From a virus, in IMG/VR virus record IMGVR_UViG_3300019458_000191, positions 1 through 64,000 of that record: a DNA stretch of 64,000 bases. The stretch is one strand, 5' to 3'. The notes beneath the pieces were generated by a model, which was given only the letters and a program-made list of their open reading frames with translations, made no database searches and had not been told where the DNA came from. The first letter of the stretch is position 1; each line of letters opens with the position of its first letter. A program made the translations under genes and the position numbers. Below, in pieces: positions 36,687 to 46,763 of this stretch.

Positions 36687-39085
36687 TGATACCTACAATC
36701 CGAAACCAAGAAGTTAAGACGAACGCCACCGGCGAAACAATGTCAATGGGACTAGATGCCGAAGATATTCAACACCTTCTGCCGATTCTTCGTGACAGTC
36801 TTTATGCCAATAAGATTTTGGCTCCTATCCGTGAGTATTCTACCAATGCTCGTGATTCTCACACCGCCTTTGGAAAGGCCGGCCGCCCTATTAGGGTCAC
36901 TCTTCCAACACGATTCGAGCCAGAATTCCGTATTCGTGACTTTGGAACGTCGTTGTCATTGGATGAAGTCAAAAATACGTATCTGAAGTATTGCAAAAGC
37001 ACCAAGAGAACGTCTAATGATTTCAACGGAGTCTATGGCCTTGGTTGTAAGTCGGCATTCGCTTATACTGACCAATTTACGGTTATCACCTATTTAGACG
37101 GTCAGCAAACGATTATCAACATTCCCATCAGCGGCGAAGCACAGGTCATTGCTCAGGTTCCTACTACGGAAGAACAAGGATTGGAAATCGTTATTCCGGT
37201 TAATATCAAGGATGTGGATGCTTGGCACGAAGAAGCCATGGCATTTTACGCTTACTGGTCCGTTCGTCCTACGATTGTCAATCAACGTCAAGATTTGTTT
37301 GAAAAATTCTTCTCTCCACTTCAAATCAAGCCCATCTTTTCTCAAGATGATTGGGAAGTTCGGCCGGGTGGATATAATAATCGTTCCAAGGCCGTTGCTG
37401 TCATGAGTTATGTTCCATATCCCATCAACTGGGAAACGGTCAAACGTAATTTCAGCGAAGAACAGACTCAAAAGTATGGAAAAATTCTTGGATTTGTTGA
37501 AAACAATTATGTGACGTTCATGTTCTCCAACGGCACAGCAGACTTCACTCCTTCTCGTGAAGCCCTCCAATATACCGAAACAACGTTGGCCTCAATTTGT
37601 CATAAATTGGATAAGATTTCGGACGCCATTGAAAAGATTATTTCTGAAAGAATCTCTTCGGCAACTAATCTCTGGGAGGCCAAGTGCCTATACAATAAAG
37701 TATTTAATGGCTCCTCCTACGACCGGACAGAAGGTAATTTTTATGGAAATCTCGGCCAAATTCAAACCATGATGTCTGGAAAACTCAAGTGGAATGGCAT
37801 TGGAATCGATGATGGTAAGTTTTCAGATATCCATCTTTGGGATAGAAATACCGGTAAAATCAAAGACGGAACACATTATGATTCTTCGACTGTGGTTCCA
37901 ATCTTTTCAAGTATTACTGTTGAAGATAATACCAAGAAAACCGTGATGGTTTCAGGAGTCGCTCGATACGGCAATCAAAGCCTTTTGGCTAGTGAACGGG
38001 CTCTCGTTCTTATTCTCGACGCTGAAGATACTTACAAAGCAGCGGCCGGCAGGTACCTCTTCTTTGAAGCGTATTTGGATAAGAACATTAATACAATTTA
38101 TGTGTTGGATCTATCGAATCCCACTGTAAAGAAGGAATTCTACAAACATTATAAGTTTGATTCTGTTCCGGTGATTTTGGCCTCTCAAATTGAGAATCAG
38201 GTTAAGGCTTTTATTGCTGCTAATAAGATTGTTCGGGCTGCTTCTGAACAAGTGAAGGCACCTTATATCGATATGGCTCCTTATTTCGATGCCGTCGATG
38301 GTAAGAAGGATGTGTATTATATCGATTTCGTTTGGAATAAAGATGTGGTTCCTCCAAAGGATGTTGTCGGTGGCATTTATATTCAGGCCACACAAAAAGA
38401 AGCCAATTACCTTGACCGTTCAATGGAAATTGGTGGTTCCGGTGGGTATCGTCGTCGATATCGCAGTAATTATTCTGCTAATGAAATGAAGAATTTGTTG
38501 CTGAATTTCGCACGTCTATGTCGTATGACTGGAAAGAAGGTCGATAGAATTTATGGTATTCAACCACGAACGGTCGATTCTAAATGGTTTAAGGAAGAAA
38601 TTGCTGATGGAACTTGGGTGGATATGGCATCGGTTGCCGCGGCCGAATTTTCCAAATTGGATATGAGCAAAGCATCATTGGCGATGGATTACAAGAATTC
38701 ATTAAATGAAAGTAATACAATTCGTATTGAAGTGGCCAGAACGTTGACGCCCCTTATTTCTGATACGAATAATCCGATTCACAAATACGTGAGTATGGTT
38801 TCATCGGAACTTAGTAATTATTCTCATGTTCCGGCAATGGCAGAAAGTCTTTTGGACAAGAACGACAAGAATTTCAAAATCGTATCTGCTGGTACACAAA
38901 TCGAAAAGGTTGTGAAGTCGATTAAGAAATTGTATCCTATGATTTCTATGTTTCCTTCCAATCATTATCTCTTCATGGAAGACGAAGAGAAGATTAAGAG
39001 GGTAGACCTGAAGGCTATTGCCGAATACATTAACGCTATGGATACCGTGAAAGCGGCTCAATCCCAACAACCAGTTGCTGTTTGA
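36687..39085 (+). CDS. rIIA: rIIA-like protein (N-terminal GHKL ATPase)
   Basis: LYANKILAPIREYSTNARDSH, IRDFG, STKR...GVYGLGCKSAFAYTD, FTPSREAL; directly upstream of rIIB. Confidence 0.9.
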
Positions 39086-39170
39086 TAAAAAAGATTTGAC
39101 TTCGGCCTAATATGAGTTATATTAATCCGTAGTTTGAAACAAAACAAAAACAATTAAACAAAAAAGAACC

Positions 39171-40211
39171 ATGACATACTCACTTACCCCGAATGCTCTG
39201 ACGGTTGTTACCAGTAACAACAAGGTTTTGATGACCCGTTCAGATAACCCTAATTGGCACCAGATTCTCTCTGCTTTGAAGCGTAACAACGAAGCAGATG
39301 TGGTGAATCTTATGAATGTTCGTCGAACGGTTGAAACGTTCGGTTCGGACTTGGCTCCCGGTGCAATCACCATCCGTGACGGACAAGTTTTCTTCCGTGA
39401 TGAATTATTGGCTGGCCTTGACGTTGACCGTATCCTAGAATTTTCTTGTAAGGGACTTCCGGTTGATGGTATGGTGGCCTTCTTGGAAAAGAAATTGGCA
39501 AATCCTTCTCGTCGTTCCATTGAATCCCTTTATTGGTTCCTTGAGAACGGTAATATGCCCATCACTCCCCGTGGTACGTTCCTTGCTTACAAGGGCGTTT
39601 CCAACGAATTCAATTCGATTAGCACCGGCCGCGAACCTCTGATTAGTGGTGTTCGTAATTCCAATGGCTCCATTCTTAACTCTGTCGGTCAGACTGTTCA
39701 CATGGAACGCCGATACGTTACGGATGACTTCAATCAAGGTTGTGGACCTGGCCTCCATGCCGGTAGTATTAATTACGCCAAGGGATGGGGCCCCCGTGTT
39801 GTAATCGTGGAAATCGACCCGGCTGACGTGGTTTCGGTTCCTTCATCTGAACACGAAAAACTTCGTTGTAATAAATATACGGTAATTGGTGAGTATGTTG
39901 CACCATTGTCTGATACTTATACAGAGGAATTTCATCCTGAGTTGGCCAAGCCTAAGAAGGTTGTGGTTACACCTGAGATTCAGGCTCTTATCGACGAAGC
40001 TTATGAAGCTGGTCAGAAAGATGCTTCGCTCGATGAACCTACTTTGGATGATATCGAAACCGAAGAAGACACGGAAACTTACGATGACGGTTATGCCCGT
40101 GGTTTGAAAGACGGCCGTGGCCACAAGCGCAAGGTTTACTCAAATGATGAATTGGGAAATAGCGATTATGTGGACGGTTATCTCGACGGCTACCGCAGGG
40201 GCCGGAAGTAA
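39171..40211 (+). CDS. rIIB: rIIB-like protein
   Basis: NPS...LYWFL...PITPRGTFLAYK...CGPGLHAG...VEIDPADVVSVP...KLRCNKY. Confidence 0.92.
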   Translation: MTYSLTPNALTVVTSNNKVLMTRSDNPNWHQILSALKRNNEADVVNLMNVRRTVETFGSDLAPGAITIRDGQVFFRDELLAGLDVDRILEFSCKGLPVDGMVAFLEKKLANPSRRSIESLYWFLENGNMPITPRGTFLAYKGVSNEFNSISTGREPLISGVRNSNGSILNSVGQTVHMERRYVTDDFNQGCGPGLHAGSINYAKGWGPRVVIVEIDPADVVSVPSSEHEKLRCNKYTVIGEYVAPLSDTYTEEFHPELAKPKKVVVTPEIQALIDEAYEAGQKDASLDEPTLDDIETEEDTETYDDGYARGLKDGRGHKRKVYSNDELGNSDYVDGYLDGYRRGRK

Positions 40212-40226
40212 AGAACTTCCCACAAC

Positions 40227-40307
40227 GGCAGAGTCTTCAGCGTTCCCTCTGCCAAATAAACCGAGGGCATCCTCTCTTTCGGGTGAGATGGGTGCCCTCA
40301 CTCTTTT
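40227..40307 (+). terminator. tandem hairpins / terminator after rIIB
   Basis: GGCAGAG..CTCTGCC then GAGGGCATCC..GGGTGCCCTC followed by CTCTTTT. Confidence 0.65.
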
Positions 40308-40801
40308 ATAGAAATATGTCAGTTACATTTATTATCAATCCGAATCAAGAAGTCTCCAAGTCGGAGTCGGTCAAAGACCGTGTAATTGAATACGTAACAG
40401 AATATAAGATAAAATCTATCGATGGTAAAAAATACGCCGGGTGGTACGGCAGTACCGAAACGGAATATTTTAGTATTGTTTTTGTTGGAGGCGTTGTTTC
40501 TATTTCCTTAGCAGAACGTCAAATGAAGATAGGTGAGGATTATTGTTTACCCCTTATAGTTTCACGATTGAAATCGGTAGCGATAACCAACGATAACAAT
40601 AAAAAATTAGTAGTATTGGGTAACTACAATTATAAACATGCAAATAAGGATTTAGATAGAGTATCATTTAAAGATGTCATGAAGCCTCTTGGTTGGAAAT
40701 TTGCATCTAAAAAAGTAAAGGTTCAATACGATTTGATTGAATCGGATTTTTATGAAAAATCAGAAGAAGAAATTTTACCACCTATTAATATTGTAATATG
40801 A
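40283..40801 (+). CDS. hypothetical protein (likely start 40316)
   Basis: ORF. Confidence 0.6.
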   Translation: MRWVPSLFYRNMSVTFIINPNQEVSKSESVKDRVIEYVTEYKIKSIDGKKYAGWYGSTETEYFSIVFVGGVVSISLAERQMKIGEDYCLPLIVSRLKSVAITNDNNKKLVVLGNYNYKHANKDLDRVSFKDVMKPLGWKFASKKVKVQYDLIESDFYEKSEEEILPPINIVI

Positions 40802-41277
40802 AAAATAACTATAAAGACTGGTCCACCGATGACCTTAGAAAAGAAGCAGAAATAATCTGTGCAGAAATTTATAAACGTGAGAGAAAAGAAGATTCAAAGA
40901 AACAAAAGAATCGTAATATTAATGGAATTACTCCAAAAGATATTGTTGTTGAAATTTGGACGACCGATGGAGATGACCTTTATTATTCCTTTTATATTCT
41001 TTATGAAGGAAAACGGTATGACATTTACTATGATGGAATTGCTGACTATGATAACAGATCAAAAGAAAATAATTGGGGATATCATTCTTGGTGGCCAATA
41101 AACCCGGATGAAGAAAATGATGAATACGCCACAAACGGTGCGTTCCTTTTTATTCCTGATGGTTTCAGTGAAGCAATGGAAAATGCTTATAATTTTAATG
41201 GAACAATAAAACAAGCAATTAAGAAATTGAAATCTTGTGGAATAACAAACGTTAACGAAAACATTATCCAACATTAA
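40798..41277 (+). CDS. hypothetical protein
   Basis: ORF with ATGA overlap. Confidence 0.65.
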   Translation: MKNNYKDWSTDDLRKEAEIICAEIYKRERKEDSKKQKNRNINGITPKDIVVEIWTTDGDDLYYSFYILYEGKRYDIYYDGIADYDNRSKENNWGYHSWWPINPDEENDEYATNGAFLFIPDGFSEAMENAYNFNGTIKQAIKKLKSCGITNVNENIIQH

Positions 41278-41280
41278 AAT

Positions 41281-41661
41281 ATGTCTTACTATCTCTTTTT
41301 GGATGATGTCCGTGATCCGAACAAATTTCTTAAATCCATTAGAACTTGGGTCATAGCTAGAGACTATAAGGAGTTCGTAAATATAATAACTAGAGATGGT
41401 CTTCCTGAATTCATTTCTTTTGACCATGACCTAGCGTTTGAACACTATCCCCTTAATGACCCTCAACAAAATGGTACAACCATACCGTATAACGATTATA
41501 CCGAAAAAACAGGTTATCACTGTGCTAAATGGTTAATCGAATACTGTATGGATATTAAAAAACCTTTGCCCAAGTTCCAAGTTCATTCAATGAATTCGGT
41601 CGGATCAGCAAACATTAAACAATTGCTCAATCGATTCAACGAAGTAAGAGATGATTTATAA
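41281..41661 (+). CDS. cyclic-phosphate-processing receiver-domain protein
   Basis: LFLDDVRDP, ISFDHDL, KTGYHCAKWL, VHSMNSVG. Confidence 0.85.
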   Translation: MSYYLFLDDVRDPNKFLKSIRTWVIARDYKEFVNIITRDGLPEFISFDHDLAFEHYPLNDPQQNGTTIPYNDYTEKTGYHCAKWLIEYCMDIKKPLPKFQVHSMNSVGSANIKQLLNRFNEVRDDL

Positions 41662-41703
41662 TAAGTAACTATAGATACTCCTGGTATCGGAATTAACTTA
41701 TTC

Positions 41704-42576
41704 ATGATATTCATGATATGTATTATCATGAATTATAAACGAATTTGCCCGGATTGTAATAAGGGAATCATCCACTCAGGAAAATATGCAAAGGATAATT
41801 GTAATAGGTCAATAAAAAGAAATTTGCCTTGTGTTTCGTGTGGACGAATAAGAATGAAAAATAATCCGAATTATTGGAATAAAATCGAAGAAGTAAAGAA
41901 GATTTTGAGTAAAAAATTGAGTGGAGAATTAAATCCAAATTATAAAGTTCCTATGTCAGAGGAACAAAAAGAAAAAATAAGAAAAAACGCAAAGGTATTA
42001 AAAGGCAAAGATAATCTAAGTTATAGAAAAAGTTTTTATACTTGGTGGGTAGAAAAATACGGAAAAGAAGAAGCTGATAAAAAATTATTGGATTTTAAGA
42101 AAAAACATTCAGAATCATCTTCTGGAAAAAATAATCCTATGCATGGAAAACCATCCCCACAAGGTTCAGGAAATGGCTGGTCAGGATGGTACAATAATTG
42201 GTATTTTAGAAGTTTACATGAATTATCATATATGATTAGAGTAATAGAAAGATTCAATCTATTATGGGAATCCGGAGAAAAACAAAATTATTCGATTTCT
42301 TACACAAATTATGATGGCAAAGAAAAAACTTATTTTTCGGATTTCATTATAAACGGAAAATATATGATTGAATGTAAACCCAAGAAGTTACATAAAACAC
42401 CTTCCGTCAAATTAAAAAAAGAAGCAGCTGAAAAATTTTGCGTATTAAGAGGATTAAAATATAAACTTGTATCTCCTAGACTTTTGTGTTATGATGTTAT
42501 GGTAAAACTGTGGAAAGATGGAAAAATAAAATTTCTTGAAAAATATGAAAGAAAATTTAGAGAATATAAACCATAA
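41704..42576 (+). mobile_element. free-standing homing endonuclease: Zn-ribbon + NUMOD3 + TnsA-like PD-(D/E)xK domain
   Basis: CPDC..CVSC, GELNPNY, MSEEQKEKI, GKNNPMHGK, FRSLHEL, YFSDF...IECKP. Confidence 0.8.
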
Positions 42577-43030
42577 ATTAGTTCTTATCGTTTTAGTCGG
42601 ACCTCCGGGCAGCGGTAAAAGTACTTGGGGTAAGAAATTTGCTCAAGACCATAATTTGAACTATATCAGTACCGACGAACTTCGTGCAAGATTTGGTTCA
42701 GGAGAAGATGATCAGACAGTAAGTGGTGCAGTTTTTGGTTATGTAAAAAGAATCATTCCACAACTTCTTTCCACAGGTAAAAGTGTGTTGATTGATGCAA
42801 CAAGCATGAGTCGGAGAGATAGAAAAGATTATATTAAATTTGCTGATGCTGTTGGTGCATACAAAATTGCTATTGCATTTGAAGTTGACCGAAATACTCT
42901 CATTAAACGTAATCAAGAAAGAGGCGAAAAAGGCGGAAGAAATGTACCCGTCGAAGTCATTGATAGATTTTTAGGAAAATATCAAAGACCGGATTCCTCC
43001 GAAGGATTTGATAAAGTTGTAATCAAATAA
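42545..43030 (+). CDS. polynucleotide kinase (AAA_33 P-loop)
   Basis: LVGPPGSGKSTW, ISTDELR, IDATS, RNQER...VPVEVI. Confidence 0.88.
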   Translation: MKENLENINHKLVLIVLVGPPGSGKSTWGKKFAQDHNLNYISTDELRARFGSGEDDQTVSGAVFGYVKRIIPQLLSTGKSVLIDATSMSRRDRKDYIKFADAVGAYKIAIAFEVDRNTLIKRNQERGEKGGRNVPVEVIDRFLGKYQRPDSSEGFDKVVIK

Positions 43031-43033
43031 GGT

Positions 43034-43420
43034 ATGCCAAAGAAACCTGTAAAGACCGAAGATAACAATATTGTTTACGCCCTTCATTATAAGGGTAAAT
43101 TATTAGGAACATTTAAATGGGAGGGTGGTGCATCATCAACACTACAGAGTTGGCGACCACCGAAGAAACTTTATTTTAAAGAACATCAAGCTAAGACGGG
43201 TGCAGCACACTTGCCCACAGATATCTTAGACGATGTAGAATTAGTCGAATATGTTCCGGTCAGGGTATTAAAAAGATTTTCTACTCAAGAAAGAAAAGAT
43301 TATCTTCATAAGAAAGAAATCGAATTTAAGAAAAGTCAATTAGAGTATTCAAAAGCTTATCACAAGGATAGTATCAAAAAACATCAAAGAGAACTTGATG
43401 AATTATTAAAGAAACAATAA
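43034..43420 (+). CDS. hypothetical protein
   Basis: ORF. Confidence 0.6.
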   Translation: MPKKPVKTEDNNIVYALHYKGKLLGTFKWEGGASSTLQSWRPPKKLYFKEHQAKTGAAHLPTDILDDVELVEYVPVRVLKRFSTQERKDYLHKKEIEFKKSQLEYSKAYHKDSIKKHQRELDELLKKQ

Positions 43421-43548
43421 TGAAAAAACAAGCCGGAAAAGGAGACAAACCGAGAAATTGTTTTTCTAAAGAATTTAAGAAAAACTATGACAACATCAAT
43501 TGGGGTCATGGTAAAAAACAGAAACCATCAAATAAAAAAGGAAATTAA
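43420..43548 (+). CDS. 42-aa basic phage peptide
   Basis: Manual translation MKKQAGKGDKPRNCFSKEFKKNYDNINWG...; fills the gap between genes. Confidence 0.65.
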   Translation: MKKQAGKGDKPRNCFSKEFKKNYDNINWGHGKKQKPSNKKGN

Positions 43549-43551
43549 GTT

Positions 43552-44100
43552 ATGCCCGGACAAAATGAATTACCACCTGTTCCAACACCTGAACCAACTC
43601 CAGAAGAATTGGCAAAACGTGAAGAAGCTTTGAATAAACTTGACCAATTACAGGCCGAACTTGAAAGACGACTGGCTGAAAGACGACTGGCTGAAAGAGA
43701 AGAGGCCAAGAAAGAAGATATCTTCGAGGGAACATTAAAAGATATCACGGAAGAGTCTTGTTGCGATAATTCGGAATGTGATTCACAACATTTGCCTGAA
43801 CTTCCAAACGAATCCAACACGGTGTCTATAGAATGTCCTCTTAATTGGGATTCGTTGACCGAGAATTCTGTATTAGTGATTAAAATCGATTCTACGAATC
43901 CAATGCGGTTCGCTCAATTTCAGCACGCTTTGGTTGGTTCCCTTCTTCAACCAAGAAAAGAACTTTTAAAGGAGAAGAAAATTTCTGTCGTATTCATGGG
44001 CTCTCAAGATGACATGTCCGTTTTAGAAGAAAAGGATATGAATCGATTAGGATGGTATAAGAAGGAAAAGAGTCTAATTATCACTCCAGACGACATTTGA
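43552..44100 (+). CDS. hypothetical protein
   Basis: 182-aa ORF. Confidence 0.7.
   Translation: MPGQNELPPVPTPEPTPEELAKREEALNKLDQLQAELERRLAERRLAEREEAKKEDIFEGTLKDITEESCCDNSECDSQHLPELPNESNTVSIECPLNWDSLTENSVLVIKIDSTNPMRFAQFQHALVGSLLQPRKELLKEKKISVVFMGSQDDMSVLEEKDMNRLGWYKKEKSLIITPDDI
43663..43698 (+). repeat. 15-bp tandem duplication (ERRLA x2)
   Basis: GAAAGACGACTGGCT x2 plus GAAAGA. Confidence 0.9.
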
Positions 44101-44186
44101 CGCTAATATAATAAATCAATATTTATTGGACTTTGCCCTTTCTGTATGATAGAATAAATACATATCATTAAGAAAGGGCACTTTTT

Positions 44187-44813
44187 ATGCAATGGAAAAA
44201 AAATCGAAAACCTTCTCGCCGATACAATCAAGACATGGATGATCTCGAAGATAATATAAAAGAATGGTTTGAGGAAAAGGATGATTCTCCATTACATAAT
44301 AAAATATATCTTTACGAAGACGTGACGCCACAGAGCATCCTTCGTCTAAATAAACAAATCGACTCTCTTACAAAAAGACTTCAGATACTTCAAATCAATG
44401 TATCTTTGCCTGCACCCCCGGTCATTGAACTTCATATTTGTACCGACGGCGGCGATTTGTGTGCAGCTTTATCTACCGCAGATAAGATTTCAAAAAATGC
44501 TGTCCCAGTTCATACTTATTGTGAAGGATTAGTAGCTAGTGCGGGAACCATTATTTCTGTTTGTGGTTATAGACGTTTCATCAGTGAAAATTCCTGTATG
44601 TTAATTCATCAATTAAGTTCTACCTCTTGGGGTAATTTTGAACAATTAAAAGATGATATGAAAAACAACGAAGTATTAATGAAAATATTGAAAAATGTTT
44701 ATTTAAAGAAAACTTCCATATCCGAAGAAGATTTATCGAATGTGTTAAAGAGGGATTTGTTTTTTACTTCAGAAGAATGTCTAAAAAGAGGATTGGTAGA
44801 TACAATTGTTTGA
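44187..44813 (+). CDS. clpP: ClpP-like protease
   Basis: IELHICTDGG, GLVASAGT (Ser), MLIHQ (His), RDLFFTSEECLKRGLVD. Confidence 0.88.
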   Translation: MQWKKNRKPSRRYNQDMDDLEDNIKEWFEEKDDSPLHNKIYLYEDVTPQSILRLNKQIDSLTKRLQILQINVSLPAPPVIELHICTDGGDLCAALSTADKISKNAVPVHTYCEGLVASAGTIISVCGYRRFISENSCMLIHQLSSTSWGNFEQLKDDMKNNEVLMKILKNVYLKKTSISEEDLSNVLKRDLFFTSEECLKRGLVDTIV

Positions 44814-44819
44814 TTTGAG

Positions 44820-44848
44820 TTGACAATTATAAAAAGTCGTGGTATGGT
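44820..44848 (+). promoter_or_regulatory. sigma70-type promoter
   Basis: TTGACA-17 nt-TATGGT with extended -10 TG. Confidence 0.6.
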
Positions 44849-44884
44849 TTTATTGTAACGCAGATTCTCTAAACAAGAACAATT

Positions 44885-45526
44885 ATGAACGACATCACAA
44901 ACAAGATAATCGTATTGAAGTTGAACGCCTTATGGCAACCTGTAGGCTATTCTTCGGTAGCTAAGGCTATTGTTGATTTGGCTGCTGGCCAAAGTGCCAA
45001 GGCTCTTGACTTGGAATATGAAATGGGCGAAGATGGTGAACCAACCGGCGAACCTATCAGCATGAATCCGGTCGAATGGGATGAATGGATTAATTTGCCT
45101 GTTCGTCCATACGACTTTTGTGTACATTATGCAAATGGCATGAAGGTTATGCGTGTTCCAACAGTCTTAATCGCTGTCAATTTTAATAAGATGCCTATAA
45201 AGAAATTCAATGGTAAGCCATCAAAAGATTCCATTTGGGCTCGTGACGGTGGAACGTGTCAATATACTGGCCGACAATTGAAAAAGGGCGAAGGTAATAT
45301 CGACCACGTTGTTCCAAAAGACCGTGGTGGTAAAGACACATGGGAAAACATGGTTTTGGCTGACAAAGAAATCAATTCCAAGAAAGGTAATCGGTTAAAC
45401 AGTGAACTCGGATTGAAGTTGCTTCGTGACCCGAAGGCTCCGAAGTCTATGCCATTGTCTTCAATGATTAGAACGATCAGACATCGAGATTGGAGACACT
45501 TTTTAACGAATATCGATGAAGAATAA
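44885..45526 (+). CDS. HNH endonuclease family protein (McrA-like architecture)
   Basis: VLKLNALWQP, VPTVL, RDGGTCQYTG, IDHVVPKDRGGKDTWENMVLADKEINSKKGN. Confidence 0.88.
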   Translation: MNDITNKIIVLKLNALWQPVGYSSVAKAIVDLAAGQSAKALDLEYEMGEDGEPTGEPISMNPVEWDEWINLPVRPYDFCVHYANGMKVMRVPTVLIAVNFNKMPIKKFNGKPSKDSIWARDGGTCQYTGRQLKKGEGNIDHVVPKDRGGKDTWENMVLADKEINSKKGNRLNSELGLKLLRDPKAPKSMPLSSMIRTIRHRDWRHFLTNIDEE

Positions 45527-45551
45527 TGGGGAGTACTCCCCTAAAAATCAG

Positions 45552-45578
45552 AAAACCCTCCCACTCGGGAGGGTTTTT
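45552..45578. terminator. bidirectional intrinsic terminator
   Basis: AAAACCCTCCC-ACTC-GGGAGGGTTTTT between convergent genes. Confidence 0.88.
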
Positions 45579-45749
45579 CGTTTATGTCTTTAATGACATA
45601 TTACCTGTTTATACCTTTAATTACATATTATTTTATACAACATATAGGCCAATGAATCAACATATCCAAAATGTTGAATCAATAAACATAACCTATTCAC
45701 TTTATGTAGTAGTAAATATAATTTTGTGTAAACATCCATACTATCGGTC

Positions 45750-46388
45750 TTACTTGGATTCTGTATCTTTATCAAATAAGAAATTGGCTTTAATTGGAGC
45801 TGCTCGATAAGACAAGGTTGACTTACTCAATTTGTCAAACATGACATTTACACCCTGAGAGTCTGCAACATAATCCAATGTAGTGCCAGCAGAATATCCA
45901 AGATTGGAACCAACGGCCCAAGAATCTTGATTTGCACCAATGTAAACGAAATCCCAAGAATATACTTGGGTTTGATGATCTATTCTGTTCTTTACATCTT
46001 GATGATTGAATTTGATGCTGGCATTTTCTAATCCATCCGTAATAACGACAACCAACACTCGTTCAGGTCGTTCTTCTTCAGGTGTATTATGTAAACGTAT
46101 ACCCACATTATCAACCGTTGTGCAAAAAGCATCATAGAGAGCAGTCCATCCTCTGGGTTCAAAATCTACATCCACCATATCTTTTAGTGTTTGTAAATCT
46201 TGATTCTCAAACATTACGTCATACACGTCGTCAAATTTATAGGCTGAAACCTTACAAGGTGCGTCACCTAACTTTTCTCGTTGTTCTTTTATAAACGAAT
46301 TCAATCCACCAACAACATCCGAAGCAATTTTTCGCATCGAACCAGACCTATCAATCACAAATATGATTTCTGTATATCCTAATCTCAT
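45750..46388 (-). CDS. von Willebrand factor A domain protein
   Basis: IDRSGSM, GWTALYDA, ITDGLENAS, FVYIGANQD. Confidence 0.92.
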   Translation of the reverse strand: MRLGYTEIIFVIDRSGSMRKIASDVVGGLNSFIKEQREKLGDAPCKVSAYKFDDVYDVMFENQDLQTLKDMVDVDFEPRGWTALYDAFCTTVDNVGIRLHNTPEEERPERVLVVVITDGLENASIKFNHQDVKNRIDHQTQVYSWDFVYIGANQDSWAVGSNLGYSAGTTLDYVADSQGVNVMFDKLSKSTLSYRAAPIKANFLFDKDTESK

Positions 46389-46495
46389 AATTAATTTTAC
46401 CTTTCTTATTTTGTTTCCCGTTGTGAAATTTCTATTTTTTCTTCAAATTCAAAATTAATTTTTACCGGTGAAGTTGTGAATCCTGTTCTCAATTA

Positions 46496-46762
46496 TTACT
46501 CTCTTTTTAGAGCACCATGTTGTTCCATACAAGCGACACATAGTCCTGCCACTTTACGAATCATGTCTAATTTCTTTTCGGTGTCAGCAAATTCTGCTGC
46601 GAAGGCTTTTGTCTTATCGGAATAGCCGGAAATGTATAGAATAAATTCATCTACGGTTCGTTCTCCGTTTCCTGGTCTTCCACCAGATAATGTGTTTCCC
46701 CATTTTTTATCTTGATAGTCACGCTCTGTGTCTATTACTTTATATACTTCTTCTCTTTTCAT
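46496..46762 (-). CDS. hypothetical all-helical protein (MazG-like fold possible)
   Basis: ERDYQDKKW...IRKVAGLCVACMEQHG. Confidence 0.65.
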   Translation of the reverse strand: MKREEVYKVIDTERDYQDKKWGNTLSGGRPGNGERTVDEFILYISGYSDKTKAFAAEFADTEKKLDMIRKVAGLCVACMEQHGALKRE

Positions 46763-46763
46763 A

